Notes: generated by a model from the letters alone, not told the origin. A DNA stretch of 64,000 bases from an uncultured Alphaproteobacteria bacterium (GCA_963732015.1 CAVSXY010000013.1:3662-67661); one strand, 5' to 3'; shown: positions 52,399 to 63,289, numbered from the stretch's first letter. Numbers and translations: made by a program.

Positions 52399-53690
52399 CT
52401 ACCGCATTTTCAAAAGAATGACGCGGTCGCTGCTCGGATCGGTGACCGGCCGCAATGTCTTGACTGATCAGTCGTTACCGCCGCCGCGTCGTTTCCCCAA
52501 GCGCCGCGCACGAAGCTCAGCACCTCGGCAATCTCTTCGTCGTTCAACTGGACCCGGAATTGCGGCATGCGATAAGCGTCCGGCACGCCCTTCACGACAA
52601 TCGGGTCGGCCCCGTTCAGGACGAGATTGACGAGCGATGATGGATCGGCGTCGAGCACGACGGCATTGCCGGCAAGCGGCGGCATGAAGGGAGCCTGACC
52701 CTTGCCGTCGATACCATGGCATGACGCGCACGAACCAAGGTAGATCGCGGCGCCGCGCCGGCTGCGGCTTACCGCTCTGCAGAGCCTTCGTCGCCGTATC
52801 GTCATAAGCGAAGGTTGCCTGCTGCGCCGTCGCCGGCAGCGACTTGAGGAAAACCGCCATCGCCTTCAGATCGTCATCGGTCAGATAGGGCGTGCTGTTG
52901 TTGATGACGTCGAGCATCGAACCGAACACCACGCCCTTGTCGTTGTGTCCGGTTTTCAGGAACGCGGCGATGTCGTCCTGCGACCAATCGCCGAGACCGG
53001 TGCGCACGTCGCCGCGCAGATTTGGTGCGAACCAGGCATCGAGCTCCGCGCCTTGGAGATAAGCGGCGCTGCTGTCATCGAGCGCCTTTTCCTGGAAAGC
53101 CCAGCCCCGCGGCGTATGGCAGGCGCCGCAGTGGCCCAATCCTTGGACCAGATAAGCGCCTCGATTCCAGGCGGCGTCATGCTCCTGACGGGCAGCGTAG
53201 CCACTCTTCGGCGCAAAGATCGCGTTCCAGAGCGCCAACGGCCAGCGCGCGCTCAGATACAATGGGATCTCGTTCGGCTTGTCGGCTTGTTTGACCGGCG
53301 GCACCTCCTTCATGAAGAAGGTGTAAAGCGCTTTGAGATCGTCGTCGCTGATCTTGGCGTAGGACGGATACGGCATCGCCGGATAGAGGCGGTGCCTGTC
53401 CTTGGCGACACCGGACCGCACGGCGCGATCGAAATCCTCAAGCGAATAATTGCCGATCCCGGTGTCGGGATCGGGCGTGATGTTGGTCGAATAGATCGCG
53501 CCCATGGGTGTCCCCATCCGCAGGCCGCCCGCAAAGGCCTTGCCGCCTCGCACCGAGTGGCAGGCGACGCAATCGCCGGCGCGGGCGAGATACTCGCCTT
53601 TGTTCTCGGCGGCTCGGAATGCTGAGCATTTGCCGGGACGGCTGCGCCAAGGATGAAAAGCGCTGCGGCAATAAGCTTCGTTCGATTCAT
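52399..53690 (-). pseudogene. Tri-haem cytochrome c subunit of the membrane-bound molybdenum dehydrogenase, 2-3 frameshifts
   Basis: MNRTKLIAAALFILGAAVPANA / ...GEYLARAGDCVACHSV...GLGHCGACHTPRG... / ...AAIYLGSCASCHGIDGKG... Three CxxCH motifs lie across three frames. The 3' end is uncertain (52399 or 52410). Confidence 0.8.
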
Positions 53691-53797
53691 GGATCCGCCC
53701 AATGAGTTTGACGCTGCGCTTCCGGCCGCGAGCTGTGAGCCGGCCGACGACGATGCACGAGGCGGGTGGCGGCACAGCCCAGCGCGGAGCGCCGTGT

Positions 53798-55999
53798 TCA
53801 GGCCGATCCGTAAGACAGATCGTGGTCGATGATGGGCAGCGAACGAATGCGCTTACCGGTCGCAGCAAAAATCGCATTTGCAACCGCCGCGGCGATCGGC
53901 GGCGTTGCGGGTTCACCGGCGCCGCCCCAGACCTTGCCGCCGCTCGGCATGAGATGGACGTCGATCTTCGGCGCCTCGGCAAGACGCACCATGCGGTAGG
54001 TGTCGAAATTGCCCTGCACCGGGATGCCGTCTTTGATCGTGATCTTGCCGAACAGCGCGGCGCTCAACCCGAAGATCACGCTGCCTTCCGCCTGTTCGGC
54101 GATCGTCAGCGGGTTGACCATGTAGCGGGTATCCAGCGCGACGGTGACGCGGTTGACTTTCACGTCGCCGTTCGGCTTGACGGTGACCTCGGCGACTTGG
54201 GCGCAGAGACTGTCCGTATCCGTGCAGATGGCGATGCCGCGTCCGGTGCCGTGCGGCAACGGTTTGCCCCAATCGCCTTTCTCCGCGGCCGCATCCAGGA
54301 CCTTGACCCAGTCTGGCCTGCCTTCGAGCAGCTTGCGCCGCACCTGATAGGGATCGAGCCCGCTCGCCGCCGCCATCTCGTCGAGGAAACTCTCGATCGC
54401 GAAGCAGTGCTGATTCACGCCGGGCGCACGCCAGAACCACACCGGCAGGTGCGTGTTCTTGACCAGCGACTCGATGCGCATGTTCGGCACCTTGTAGCCA
54501 TTGTCGGCCAAGCCGGCGACGGTTTGCGGCTCGACCTTATCTGCCGGGAACTTCCGCCCGACCGAAGCAAAGATCGACGAGGTAACGACGCGCATCGACC
54601 ATGCGGTCGGCATGCCGTCGGTACCGACGCCGGCCTTGAACGCGACCACCGCGTGCGGACGGAACTTGTCCTGGCGGGTGTCTTCCTCGCGCGTCCACAC
54701 CAGCTTGACCGGCCGGTTTACGGCCTTGGCGATTAGGATCGCCTGCCTGATCTCATCGTTGGCGTCGCGGCGGCCAAAGCCGCCGCCGACGAAACCATTG
54801 TGGATATAGACCTGCTCCGGCTTCAGGCCGGAGGCGTGCGCCGCCGCCTCGAGCGCCTCGTCGGCCGCCTGCGTTCCAACCCACACGTCGAGCCGGTCGG
54901 ACTGCAGATACACAGTCGCATTCATCGGCTCCATCGGCGAATGCGAAAGATAAGGCGTTTCGTAGACCGCCTCGAACGTCTTGGCCGCGCCCGGCATGGC
55001 CTGATCGAAATCGCCATCGTTGCGTGCGGTCAACATGGGCTCGCTCAGCGCCGCGCGGAACGTCTTCGAAAGCTGCTCGCTGTCAACGGTGCCCGCCGCG
55101 CCGACATCCCATTCGGGCTGCAGGCGCGCCAACGCCTGCTTGGCGCGCCAGTAACTGCCGGTCGCGACCACCGCCACCGCGTCGTCGAGCTGCACCACCT
55201 CGAGAACGCCAGGGGCGCCAGTAACCACCGATTCATCGACGCTCTTGAGCTTGCCGCCGGGGACCGGACAAGCATTGATCGCGGCAAACACCATGCCGGG
55301 AATCTGGGCGTCGATCCCGAACTGGGCCGAACCATTGATCTTGTGCGCCACGTCGACCCGCGGCATTGGCCTCGGGATGAAGGTAAACTTGTCGGGCGTC
55401 TTGATCGCCGGCTCGCTGGCAAGCTTGACCTTCGCCGCGTCGGGGGCGAGTTCGCCGAAACGCAGCGACCGGCCCGACGGGCCATGAGTCACCACGCTCG
55501 CCGCAGCCGTGCATTCCGATGCCGGCACGTTCCACCGGTCAGCAGCCACGGCGATGAGACGTTCGCGGGCGCTGGCGCCGACCTGCTGCACTCGCTTTTG
55601 CGAGGCCCTGATGGTGCGGCTGCCGTTCGAGAACATGTCGCCATAGACTTTGTTCTCGCGGATATTGCGGTTGGGCGAAGCATATTCGATCCGCACCTTC
55701 GACCAATCGCACTGAAGTTCCTCGGCGATCATCATCGGCAGAGCGGTCATGCTCCCCTGCCCCATCTCCGATCGCTGATAGCGAATCAGGATGGAGTCGT
55801 CCGGATCGATCGCGATCCAGGCGTCGATCTCGTTCGGGTCATAGGCGTGGTCGTCGTTCCAGGGCTGCACTGCGACGGTGGCGGCCGCAGCGCCACGCGG
55901 TGCACCGCCGATGCCGATCATGAAGCCGCCGGCGGCGGTCGCCGCTGTAACGATGAAATGACGGCGGGTGAGAGTCGAAGTAGGACGGGTCTGTTCCAT
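53798..55999 (-). CDS. Molybdopterin-binding large subunit of an aldehyde-oxidase / isoquinoline-oxidoreductase (IorB)-type dehydrogenase
   Basis: Tat signal [19 protein letters not shown]. ...[20 protein letters not shown]...GGGFGRR... The 733-aa frame is intact. Confidence 0.9.
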   Translation of the reverse strand: MEQTRPTSTLTRRHFIVTAATAAGGFMIGIGGAPRGAAAATVAVQPWNDDHAYDPNEIDAWIAIDPDDSILIRYQRSEMGQGSMTALPMMIAEELQCDWSKVRIEYASPNRNIRENKVYGDMFSNGSRTIRASQKRVQQVGASARERLIAVAADRWNVPASECTAAASVVTHGPSGRSLRFGELAPDAAKVKLASEPAIKTPDKFTFIPRPMPRVDVAHKINGSAQFGIDAQIPGMVFAAINACPVPGGKLKSVDESVVTGAPGVLEVVQLDDAVAVVATGSYWRAKQALARLQPEWDVGAAGTVDSEQLSKTFRAALSEPMLTARNDGDFDQAMPGAAKTFEAVYETPYLSHSPMEPMNATVYLQSDRLDVWVGTQAADEALEAAAHASGLKPEQVYIHNGFVGGGFGRRDANDEIRQAILIAKAVNRPVKLVWTREEDTRQDKFRPHAVVAFKAGVGTDGMPTAWSMRVVTSSIFASVGRKFPADKVEPQTVAGLADNGYKVPNMRIESLVKNTHLPVWFWRAPGVNQHCFAIESFLDEMAAASGLDPYQVRRKLLEGRPDWVKVLDAAAEKGDWGKPLPHGTGRGIAICTDTDSLCAQVAEVTVKPNGDVKVNRVTVALDTRYMVNPLTIAEQAEGSVIFGLSAALFGKITIKDGIPVQGNFDTYRMVRLAEAPKIDVHLMPSGGKVWGGAGEPATPPIAAAVANAIFAATGKRIRSLPIIDHDLSYGSA

Positions 56000-56010
56000 C
56001 GCGTCCTCCC

Positions 56011-56466
56011 TTAAGCCTTCATCAAGTCGGCGGCGCGATGGATGGCGCGGCGGAGCCGTTCGTAGGTGCCGCAGCGGCAGATGTTCGTGATGTTCGCGTC
56101 GATGTCGGCGTCAGTCGGATTGGGGTTCTGCTTGAGAAATGCCGCGGTCGCCATGATCTGCCCGGACTGGCAGTAGCCGCATTGCGGCACGTCCTCGGCA
56201 AGCCACGCCTTCTGCACGGGGTGCTTGCTGTCGGGCGACAGCCCTTCGATGGTGGTGATGCTGGCGCCGTTCAGCGCGCCGATCGGCACCGAGCACGACC
56301 GCCTGGCCTGGCCGTTGATATGAACGGTGCAGGCACCGCACTGCGCAATGCCGCATCCAAATTTCGTACCGGTCAGGCCGACCGCGTCGCGCAACGCCCA
56401 AAGCAGGGGGGTATCGGGTTCGAGATCGACCTGATGTTGCGTCCCGTTGACCAAGAGGGTGATCAT
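56011..56466 (-). CDS. [2Fe-2S]-binding small subunit (IorA-type) of the same dehydrogenase
   Basis: [14 protein letters not shown]...[17 protein letters not shown]...[10 protein letters not shown]...NICRCGTY. Confidence 0.9.
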   Translation of the reverse strand: MITLLVNGTQHQVDLEPDTPLLWALRDAVGLTGTKFGCGIAQCGACTVHINGQARRSCSVPIGALNGASITTIEGLSPDSKHPVQKAWLAEDVPQCGYCQSGQIMATAAFLKQNPNPTDADIDANITNICRCGTYERLRRAIHRAADLMKA

Positions 56467-56741
56467 CGTCAAAGCTCTCGCATGGCTGATGAGCGCGGAT
56501 TCTAAGCACAATCCGCTGCTCGGGCAATGTGGAAGCCCGACGCGATCACGGCTTCGTGCGGGAGCGTGCCGAGGCCGGGTCCTCCACGACCACAAGACGA
56601 GCGGACGTAAGGACGACTCAACAATAACAGTTTGGTTCCGCTCTCTCGCAAGCCATGACTACGGTCGGGCACAGATGCTCCGGCGCAAGACATCGTCATG
56701 GGACATGTTCATGTCGATGCGCCGTTCTTGGGCCGCCGAAA

Positions 56742-57848
56742 TCAGTCGAAAAGGCGGCTTAACGCCTGCGAGTTGGGCACCGATCCGAACAAGGCGCCAA
56801 AATATCTGTTTGCCAGGGACCCATTATTGTTTGTCCAGGGAATGGGCGGTAGCCGCGGCAGGTCCAACGATCCACCGGGTAGCACTTTCGAAAGCGGAAC
56901 GATCTTGCCCGGATAGCGAGCGTGGAAAACCTCGTTCATGCCGCCATCGAGCCCGCTGTAGATCGGAGCAAGCGGAACGTCGCCTTTGACCAACTGCGCA
57001 TATTCGGCTTCGTCGGCGTGCTGTTTCTCCAATGCCGAGCGAGCGATTTTCGCATCGACCGCAAAGCCGGGGCATGGGCCGGCCGGATCGAACACAAGCG
57101 GCTTCGTCGCATTCGGCGGCTGACGAGCATTAAACACGTAACGGCGATCGCACACATCGACTCTCGGTTCGAGATGCGTCGTCTCAAAGTGATCGTTGCC
57201 GATCTTGAGCATTTTCCAGAACGCCATGTTCGGATTGGTTCGATGCCGCGCCAGATTTACCGGTGTCAGGCGGAACGGATAGGCCTGGATCTGGAAAGAC
57301 GGCTGGCCGCCGAGAAACGTGTCGGCCGCCATCGTGTAGATCTCGGCGATCTGCGCATCGGTCATGGCGTAGCAGCCGATCGACAAGCAGTCGCCGTGAA
57401 CCATGAGGAAGCTGCCGTCGCGGTTGTTCGCCTTGTCGAAGCTGTTGGGGAATCCGGTGTTGATCGAGAGGTAGTAGCTGGACCTCGGATTCATCAGGTT
57501 GGGCGTGACTGCATAGAATCCCTCGGGCGCCTGACGGTCGCCCTCATGCAACTTCGGCCCAAGATCGCCCGACCATCGGCAGATCGGATAGAGTTTGAGC
57601 AGCTCAAAATGGCCGGTTCGGTCCTGCTTCCAGACTTCGAGCTCCGCTTCTTCCTTGAAAATCCGCAGCACGATCGGCGAATGCCGCGCCATATTCTTTT
57701 GCTGGAACAGCGAAAGCAGCTCAGCCGGCAGCTCCGGTATGGGCCTCGCCGGCTGCTCGTCTCCGCCAAAGCACCGGACCGGCGTCAAGGCGCCGGCGAA
57801 AAGAGCCGCCGATAATACCAGCGTGCGAACCAGCGTAGCGCGGATCAA
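56742..57848 (-). CDS. L,D-transpeptidase family protein (YafK-like) with a long C-terminal extension
   Basis: ...GFYAVTPNLMNPRSSYYLSINTGFPNSFD...FLMVHGDCLSIGCYAMTD (HG.C.S.GC active-site motif). The start is taken at TTG 57848 (RBS gggggg), giving (M)IRATLVRTLVLSAALFAGALTP. The ORF is open up to 57992. Confidence 0.7.
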   Translation of the reverse strand: MIRATLVRTLVLSAALFAGALTPVRCFGGDEQPARPIPELPAELLSLFQQKNMARHSPIVLRIFKEEAELEVWKQDRTGHFELLKLYPICRWSGDLGPKLHEGDRQAPEGFYAVTPNLMNPRSSYYLSINTGFPNSFDKANNRDGSFLMVHGDCLSIGCYAMTDAQIAEIYTMAADTFLGGQPSFQIQAYPFRLTPVNLARHRTNPNMAFWKMLKIGNDHFETTHLEPRVDVCDRRYVFNARQPPNATKPLVFDPAGPCPGFAVDAKIARSALEKQHADEAEYAQLVKGDVPLAPIYSGLDGGMNEVFHARYPGKIVPLSKVLPGGSLDLPRLPPIPWTNNNGSLANRYFGALFGSVPNSQALSRLFD

Positions 57849-57995
57849 TGCGAGCCCCCCAATCTGGGACCTTGTCCTGATTTCATTATCTGTAACAGGT
57901 GGCTTTCCTGAGGCAACCGGCGCTGTGCCCCCTGGGCGGCCCGGCCGAACGGCGGTACGCCGCCATTTCAGACCGGCTCGACGCATTAACAACGC

Positions 57996-58975
57996 CTATT
58001 CGACCACCTCGTCGGCCCTCATCAGCATGGCAGCCGGTATCGTCAGCCCCAGCGCGTCCAGGGTCTTCTTGTTGATTGCGAGATTGAAGCGGGTGGGCTG
58101 CTCGAAGGGCAGATCGGCGGGACGCGCGCCCTTTAAGATTCGGATGGAGAGGTCAGCCGCGATATCGTAGACTTCGTTCATGTCTGGGCCGTATGACATC
58201 AGCCCGCCGTCACGGTCAAGGGAAGCATATTCATAAATTGCCGGCAGCTTCCATTGGGCAGCGAATTCGAAGACCCGCTTGCGGTTGAGCACCGTCAAAG
58301 CCTCCGTGACCATCAGAATGGCATCAGGGCGGTCGCGTTCCATCGCCGCAAATGCAGCGGCAAAGTCGTCAGGCTCACCAACACCAAGCGGCTGTATTTC
58401 GAAACCCAGCGTCTGCGCCGCCGCTGCGGCCGATTTGTAGCGCAACGTCATGCCAAGATCGCCCGCGTTCCACAGCATGGCAATCTTGTGCAAGTTCGGA
58501 AACGTATCCTTGAAGACCTCAAGCCGTTTGGCGGAAAGCTCGGCTGCAACTTCGCCGACGCCGGTGATGTTGCCGCCCGGGTGAGCCAAGCTGCCAATCA
58601 AACCCGTCGCAACCGGATCGGCGCCGGTGATCGCAACGACAGGGACACTCGCGCGGTCTTTGACGACGCGAGCCGCGGCATAGCTGTTCGTGATGATGAG
58701 CTCTGCCTCGTTCTTTAAATCATCGACGAGTTCCGGCAGCCGGTCCGGGTTCGCTTGCGCTGCCCGCCGCTCGCAGCAGAGACTCCCCCAACCACATAGC
58801 CGCGCTTGGAAAACCCGGTCTTTAACCCGACAACGATTTCGCTTGTGTCGGCGAACGGCGCTCCGGAGCTCAGCAATCCCACGTGGCGGACCTTGACCGC
58901 CGTTTGGGAGAGCGCGTTGCGGGTCAGCAACGGCATCGACCCGAGCGCCAGAATGACCGATCTCCGCAATATCAT
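57996..58975 (-). pseudogene. PF04392-type periplasmic binding protein paralog, one frameshift near 58790
   Basis: MILRRSVILALGSMPLLTRNALSQTAVKVRHVGLLSSG... / ...AHPGGNITGV...LMSYGPDM...MLMRADEVVE. Confidence 0.75.
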
Positions 58976-59087
58976 TGGGCCCCACTCCGATCGCCCTTGA
59001 CCGATAGCCGATTGCGCCGCGCGATTCCAAGCACATCCCGGAGGGCAGCGATGCGCAAAGACATTATAACTCTACGAGGCAGCAGAG

Positions 59088-60077
59088 CTACTCGATCACC
59101 TCGTCGGCGAGCGAAAGCGCCGTGGGCGGCACTTCGATCCCAAGCTCGCGTGCGGTTTTGAGATTGAGGACGAAGCCGAGCTTTGTCGGACGTTGCACCG
59201 GCATGTCGGCGGGCTTCTCGCCCCTCAATATCCGCGCGGTGTAGGTCCCGACTTCATGAAACTGTTCACGAATGATCGCGCCGTAGTTCATCAGGCCGCC
59301 CTCGATCGTGAATTCACGCCACGGATAGGACGTCGGCACGCGATAGCGAGCCGCAAGGCTGATCAATCTGGCGCGATTGTTGCCGAACAATCCATCCACA
59401 CCGATGTGGACTGCGTCGATATGCTGCTCTGCGACGGCCGCAAAGGCGGCATCGAGATCGTTCGGGCTGCTTACTTCAAAGACGCGCAAGTTCATCCCGA
59501 GCCGATTGGCTGCCGCTTCGGCGTCGCGCGCCTGAACCTGCGCTTCGACCGGGTTTCCCCGCTGGACAAAGATCGCGATCGATTTCGCCTGAGGCACGAG
59601 GCTGTGCAAGAGCTCGAGCCGTTTCGCCGCCACTTCAACATTCAAATAAGCGACCCCGGTCAAATTGCCGCCAGGCCGGTTGAAGCTCTTGACGAGGCCA
59701 AGCTCCACCGGATCGGAGCCGATCATGAATACGATCGGGACCGTCGACGTCGCGTCCTTCGCGGCGGTCGCCAGCGCCATACCGCCCGGTGCCGCGATGA
59801 CCGACACCCCCCGCTGCACCAGGTCGGCGGCAAGCGCCCGAAGGCGGTCAAACTGCTCGTCCGCCGAGCGATACTCGATGATCATGTCGCGGCCTTCGAC
59901 GAAGCCCGCATCGTTGAGGCCCTCGATAAATCCTTCAGGGATTGAAGAAGAGATGGGGGCACGGGGCCGTGCACTGAGCCAGCCAACGAGCGGAAGCTGC
60001 TTGGGCTGCGCACGCGCGGCAAGCGGCTGCGCCACCGCCGCGGCAGAAATGCCTCTGATGAAATCGCGTCGTCGCAT
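59088..60077 (-). CDS. PF04392-type periplasmic binding protein paralog
   Basis: RBS ggagaag. MRRRDFIRGISAAAVAQPLAARAQ, NRPGGNLTGV, LMNYG, ends ALSLADEVIE. Confidence 0.85.
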   Translation of the reverse strand: MRRRDFIRGISAAAVAQPLAARAQPKQLPLVGWLSARPRAPISSSIPEGFIEGLNDAGFVEGRDMIIEYRSADEQFDRLRALAADLVQRGVSVIAAPGGMALATAAKDATSTVPIVFMIGSDPVELGLVKSFNRPGGNLTGVAYLNVEVAAKRLELLHSLVPQAKSIAIFVQRGNPVEAQVQARDAEAAANRLGMNLRVFEVSSPNDLDAAFAAVAEQHIDAVHIGVDGLFGNNRARLISLAARYRVPTSYPWREFTIEGGLMNYGAIIREQFHEVGTYTARILRGEKPADMPVQRPTKLGFVLNLKTARELGIEVPPTALSLADEVIE

Positions 60078-60341
60078 TGGCTTCTCCAAGGCACACGACC
60101 ACGTCGAATTCAGCTCGCAGTTCTTTGATTAGAACAGGAAATCACGGCCTGCGGAATGGGGTTCGATCACCCCCGTAAGCACACGTGACTGAGAGGCCCT
60201 TCACAAGGTCGACGGCCATCAATGCAAATTTGCTGGCTTGTGACCGGGAGACGGGCGCTTCCCGCCCTTGAGGATCCGGCCTGCATCGGCCTAGACTGAA
60301 AGCAATCAGCATAATTCAGCGAACATAGCGGGAGGCCATCC

Positions 60342-60887
60342 ATGGACGATGTGACAACGATCGAACGGAAGCCGATCGAACGGCATCCGAATGTCGCGAT
60401 CGACAAGGCCGTGCTCTTCTCGATGCGCAATCTGCCACTGCTCGAGCAGGGAACGACCTACGATCCGCTGGCGACCGCCGAAAATCTCTGGATCAACATC
60501 AAGGTCTACGCCAGCGGCGGCGAGAATGCGCTGCATTCCCATGGCGGCGAGGATCACGCGTTCATCGTACTGCAGGGCAAGGCGACCTTTACATTCGGCG
60601 ACGGGCGAACGGCCGTCGTCGGCAAGCACGAAGGCGTGATGATTCCGAAGAACGCGCTCTACAAGTTCGAGGCCGACGAAGCTGAAAATCTCGTCCTGTT
60701 GCGCGTCGGCGGCGGCGCGAGGAAGGTCCCGGGACTGAAAGACCTGACGCGCTTCGGCACGCCCAAGGACATTCTTGAGCAGACGACATTCGCCGACGGC
60801 TCCGTCAAGGAGAGGCGATCGGTCAAGAACGGCGAGACGGCGAAGAAGCGCGTTTACGCGAAGGGAAAATATTTCGCGCCGGATTGA
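60342..60887 (+). CDS. Cupin-domain protein
   Basis: ...GGENALHSHGGEDHAFIVLQGKATFTFGDG...GVMIPKNALYKFEA is a two-motif cupin barrel. Confidence 0.75.
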   Translation: MDDVTTIERKPIERHPNVAIDKAVLFSMRNLPLLEQGTTYDPLATAENLWINIKVYASGGENALHSHGGEDHAFIVLQGKATFTFGDGRTAVVGKHEGVMIPKNALYKFEADEAENLVLLRVGGGARKVPGLKDLTRFGTPKDILEQTTFADGSVKERRSVKNGETAKKRVYAKGKYFAPD

Positions 60888-60942
60888 CCGCGACCCACCG
60901 ATGTCGCACGCCAAGCTCATTTGAAACTTTCAGGAGATAACG

Positions 60943-62047
60943 ATGCCGGAATTACCCGTTGACGCTTCGAAGTTCGCCGGCATGTCGGAGGAACAGGCCC
61001 GCAGCTTTCCGCGCCGTACCGTGGTCGGCGTGGAACTTTCGGACGCGCAGATCGCTGTCGATGCCGAAGATGGTTTCGACCGACGCGCATGTCATGGAGC
61101 CGGACGCGCTCTGGCAGGAGTTGACGCCGCGTCTGCGGGACCAGTTGCCGAAAGTGCCCTTCCGCAACTGTCCTCCCGGCGCGAGCGATCCGCGCCTGCG
61201 CTTGCGCGACCAGGACACCGACGGCGTCGCCGCCGAAATCCTGTTTCCGAATTACGGCATGGCGCTGTTCGGCATCGACGATGTCGAGACGCAGCAGGAG
61301 TCCTTCAAGCTCTACAACGACTGGATGCGCGACTTCTGCGCGACCGATCCCAAGCGGCTGTACGGCGTGCCGCTTGTTTCCGTCTACGACATCCAGGCCG
61401 GCATCAAGGAAATGCACCGCGGCCATGACATGGGCCTGAAGGGAGCAATGGTCTGGCAGGTGCCCGATCCGCGCCTGCCGTTCACGTCCGAGCACTACGA
61501 ACCGCTGTGGGCGGCCTGTGCGGAGGCGGGCGCGCCCGTGATCTGCCACATCCTGACCGGCCATTCCTACATCAAGACCGGACAGAAGGGCGGCATTCAG
61601 GGTCTCAAGGACGCCACGAACACCAAGACCAACGATTCCGCGAATACGCTGTTCGATTTCATCTTCTCCGGCGCGTTCGACCGCTATCCCAAGCTGCGCC
61701 TGCTGATGGCCGAAAGCGAGATCGGCTGGCTGCCGTTCCTGCTGCAGCAATGGGATTATTACTTCGACCGCTTCCGCCGCGATCGGCCGATGCCGATCAA
61801 GCGCAAGCCGAGCGAAATCTTCAACGAACATGTCTACGGCACGTTCCTCGAGGATTACGTGGGCACGCGGTTCTTCCCGTGGTGGGGCGAGAAGAACTGC
61901 ATGTGGTCCAACGATTACCCGCACTTCAACATGACGTTCCCGCATTCGCGGCAGGTCGTGGAGTATCATCTCAGCGGCTTGTCGGAGGAAAAGCGGCAGC
62001 GGCTGACGCGTGACAACGCCATCGAGCTGTTCGGCCTCAAGATCTGA
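60943..62047 (+). pseudogene. Amidohydrolase_2 (ACMSD/LigW-like decarboxylase or hydrolase). A probable 5' extension is separated by one frameshift.
   Basis: Strong RBS aggaga plus ATG 60943 gives a protein-like MPELPVDASKFAGMSEEQARSFPRRTVVGVELSDAQIAVDAE. The catalytic body is in the +1 frame from ATG 61061: MPKMVSTDAHVMEPDALW...ICHILTGH...WSNDYPH. If 61061 is the true start, the gene is intact. Confidence 0.75.
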
Positions 62048-62187
62048 TCGAATGGACGCGGTCCGGCGCCGTCGAGCCGATGACGCGGCCGGCGCCATCG
62101 CAAAAGCGCCGACTGAAAGAAAAACGACAGCACGAATAACGGGCGTCGCTCATCATGCGCGCGAGGCGCGCCGCGGGGAGGGATTTG

Positions 62188-63210
62188 ATGTTCAGACGTG
62201 CCTTGCTCGCGCTGACGGCGATCGCGCTCGCCACCGTTTCCGCCGAAAGCTCAGACGTCGGTCGCGGATTTCTACCGGAACAAGAACATCGACGTTTACA
62301 TCGGCCTCAGCGCCGGCGGTCGTCTATGACATCAACGCGCGCCTGCTGTCGCGTTTCATGGGCCGGCACATTCCCGGAAATCCGACCCTTGTTCCCCGCA
62401 ACATGGTCGGCGCGGCAGGCGTTACGGCTCGCGAACTGGCTCTATCAGGTCGCCCCGAAGGACGGGACCGCAATCGGCACGTTCGCGCGCGGCATCGCGT
62501 TCAATCCCTTGCTCGGTCAGCCCGGCGGGGCCGATCGAGGCGACGAAATTCAACTGGCTCGGCAGCACCAACGACGAGGTCTCCGTCTGCGCGTCGCGGC
62601 GCGAGAGCGGAATCACAAAATTTGAGCAGCTTTCGACCAGGAGCTCATCATCGGTTCGACCGGCAGCAGCGGCGATGACGATCAATTTCCCAAGATCATC
62701 AATGGCGTTCTCGGAACGAAGTTCCGCACGGTCCGGGGCTTTCCCGGCGGCAACGAGATCAAACTGGCGATGGAGCGCGGCGAAGTCAGCGGCCGTTGCG
62801 GCTGGTCGTGGTCGAGCGTGAAGGCGACCGAGGCCGAATGGCTGAGGGACAAGAGGATATCGATTCTCGTCCAGCTCTCGCTCCGCAAGCACCCGGATCT
62901 GCCTGACATGCCGCTGATCATGGACTACGTCAAAACCGACGAAGGCCGGCAGATATTCAAGGTCGTGCTGGCGCGGCAGGTGATGGCGTGGCCGTTCGCC
63001 GCGCCGCCCGGCGTTCCCGCCGAACGGGTCGCCGCTCTGCGCAAGGCGTTCGACGAGACCTTGCAGGACAAGGAATTTCTGGCGGAGGCCGAAAAGCTCA
63101 ATCTCGAGATCACGCCCGTGTCTGGCGAACGCATCAATGCGCTGATCGAAGACGTCTATCGAACGACCAGCCCCGAGCTCACCGCAAAAATCGGCGCGAT
63201 GCTGAAATAG
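62188..63210 (+). pseudogene. TctC/Bug-family binding protein, at least 5 frameshifts
   Basis: MFRRALLALTAIALATVSAESSDV / ADFYRNKNIDVYIGLSAGG / VYDINARLLSRFMGRHIPGNPTLVPRNMVGAAG / LRLANWLYQVAPKDGTAIGTFARGIAFNPLLGQPGG / EATKFNWLGSTNDEVSVCASRRESGITKFEQL / ...GEVSGRCGWSWSSVKATEAEWLRDKRISILVQLS...TAKIGAMLK. Confidence 0.75.
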
Positions 63211-63289
63211 ACCGCGGCGGCGCTCGCGCCTACTCGCATTGGCTGGCCGTCAGGCGGAAATTCATCTCGATCTTCGTGGTGTTCGGAGT

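Noticed and set aside
54800-56014. 404-aa plus-strand ORF opposite the molybdopterin subunit. Similar long antisense ORFs occur at 21839-22933, 27097-28332, 41798-42997, 53702-54736 and 60917-62098.
   Set aside because: All of them overlap strongly supported genes on the other strand. They have Arg/His/Gly-rich, motif-free translations. They are GC-driven open frames, not genes.
60150-60185. tRNA-like T-loop (ggggTTCGATCacccc) in the intergenic region before the cupin gene
   Set aside because: The stem has a mismatch at canonical spacing. No acceptor-stem complement or anticodon arm can be drawn in the flanking 80 nt. It is at most a fortuitous hairpin.
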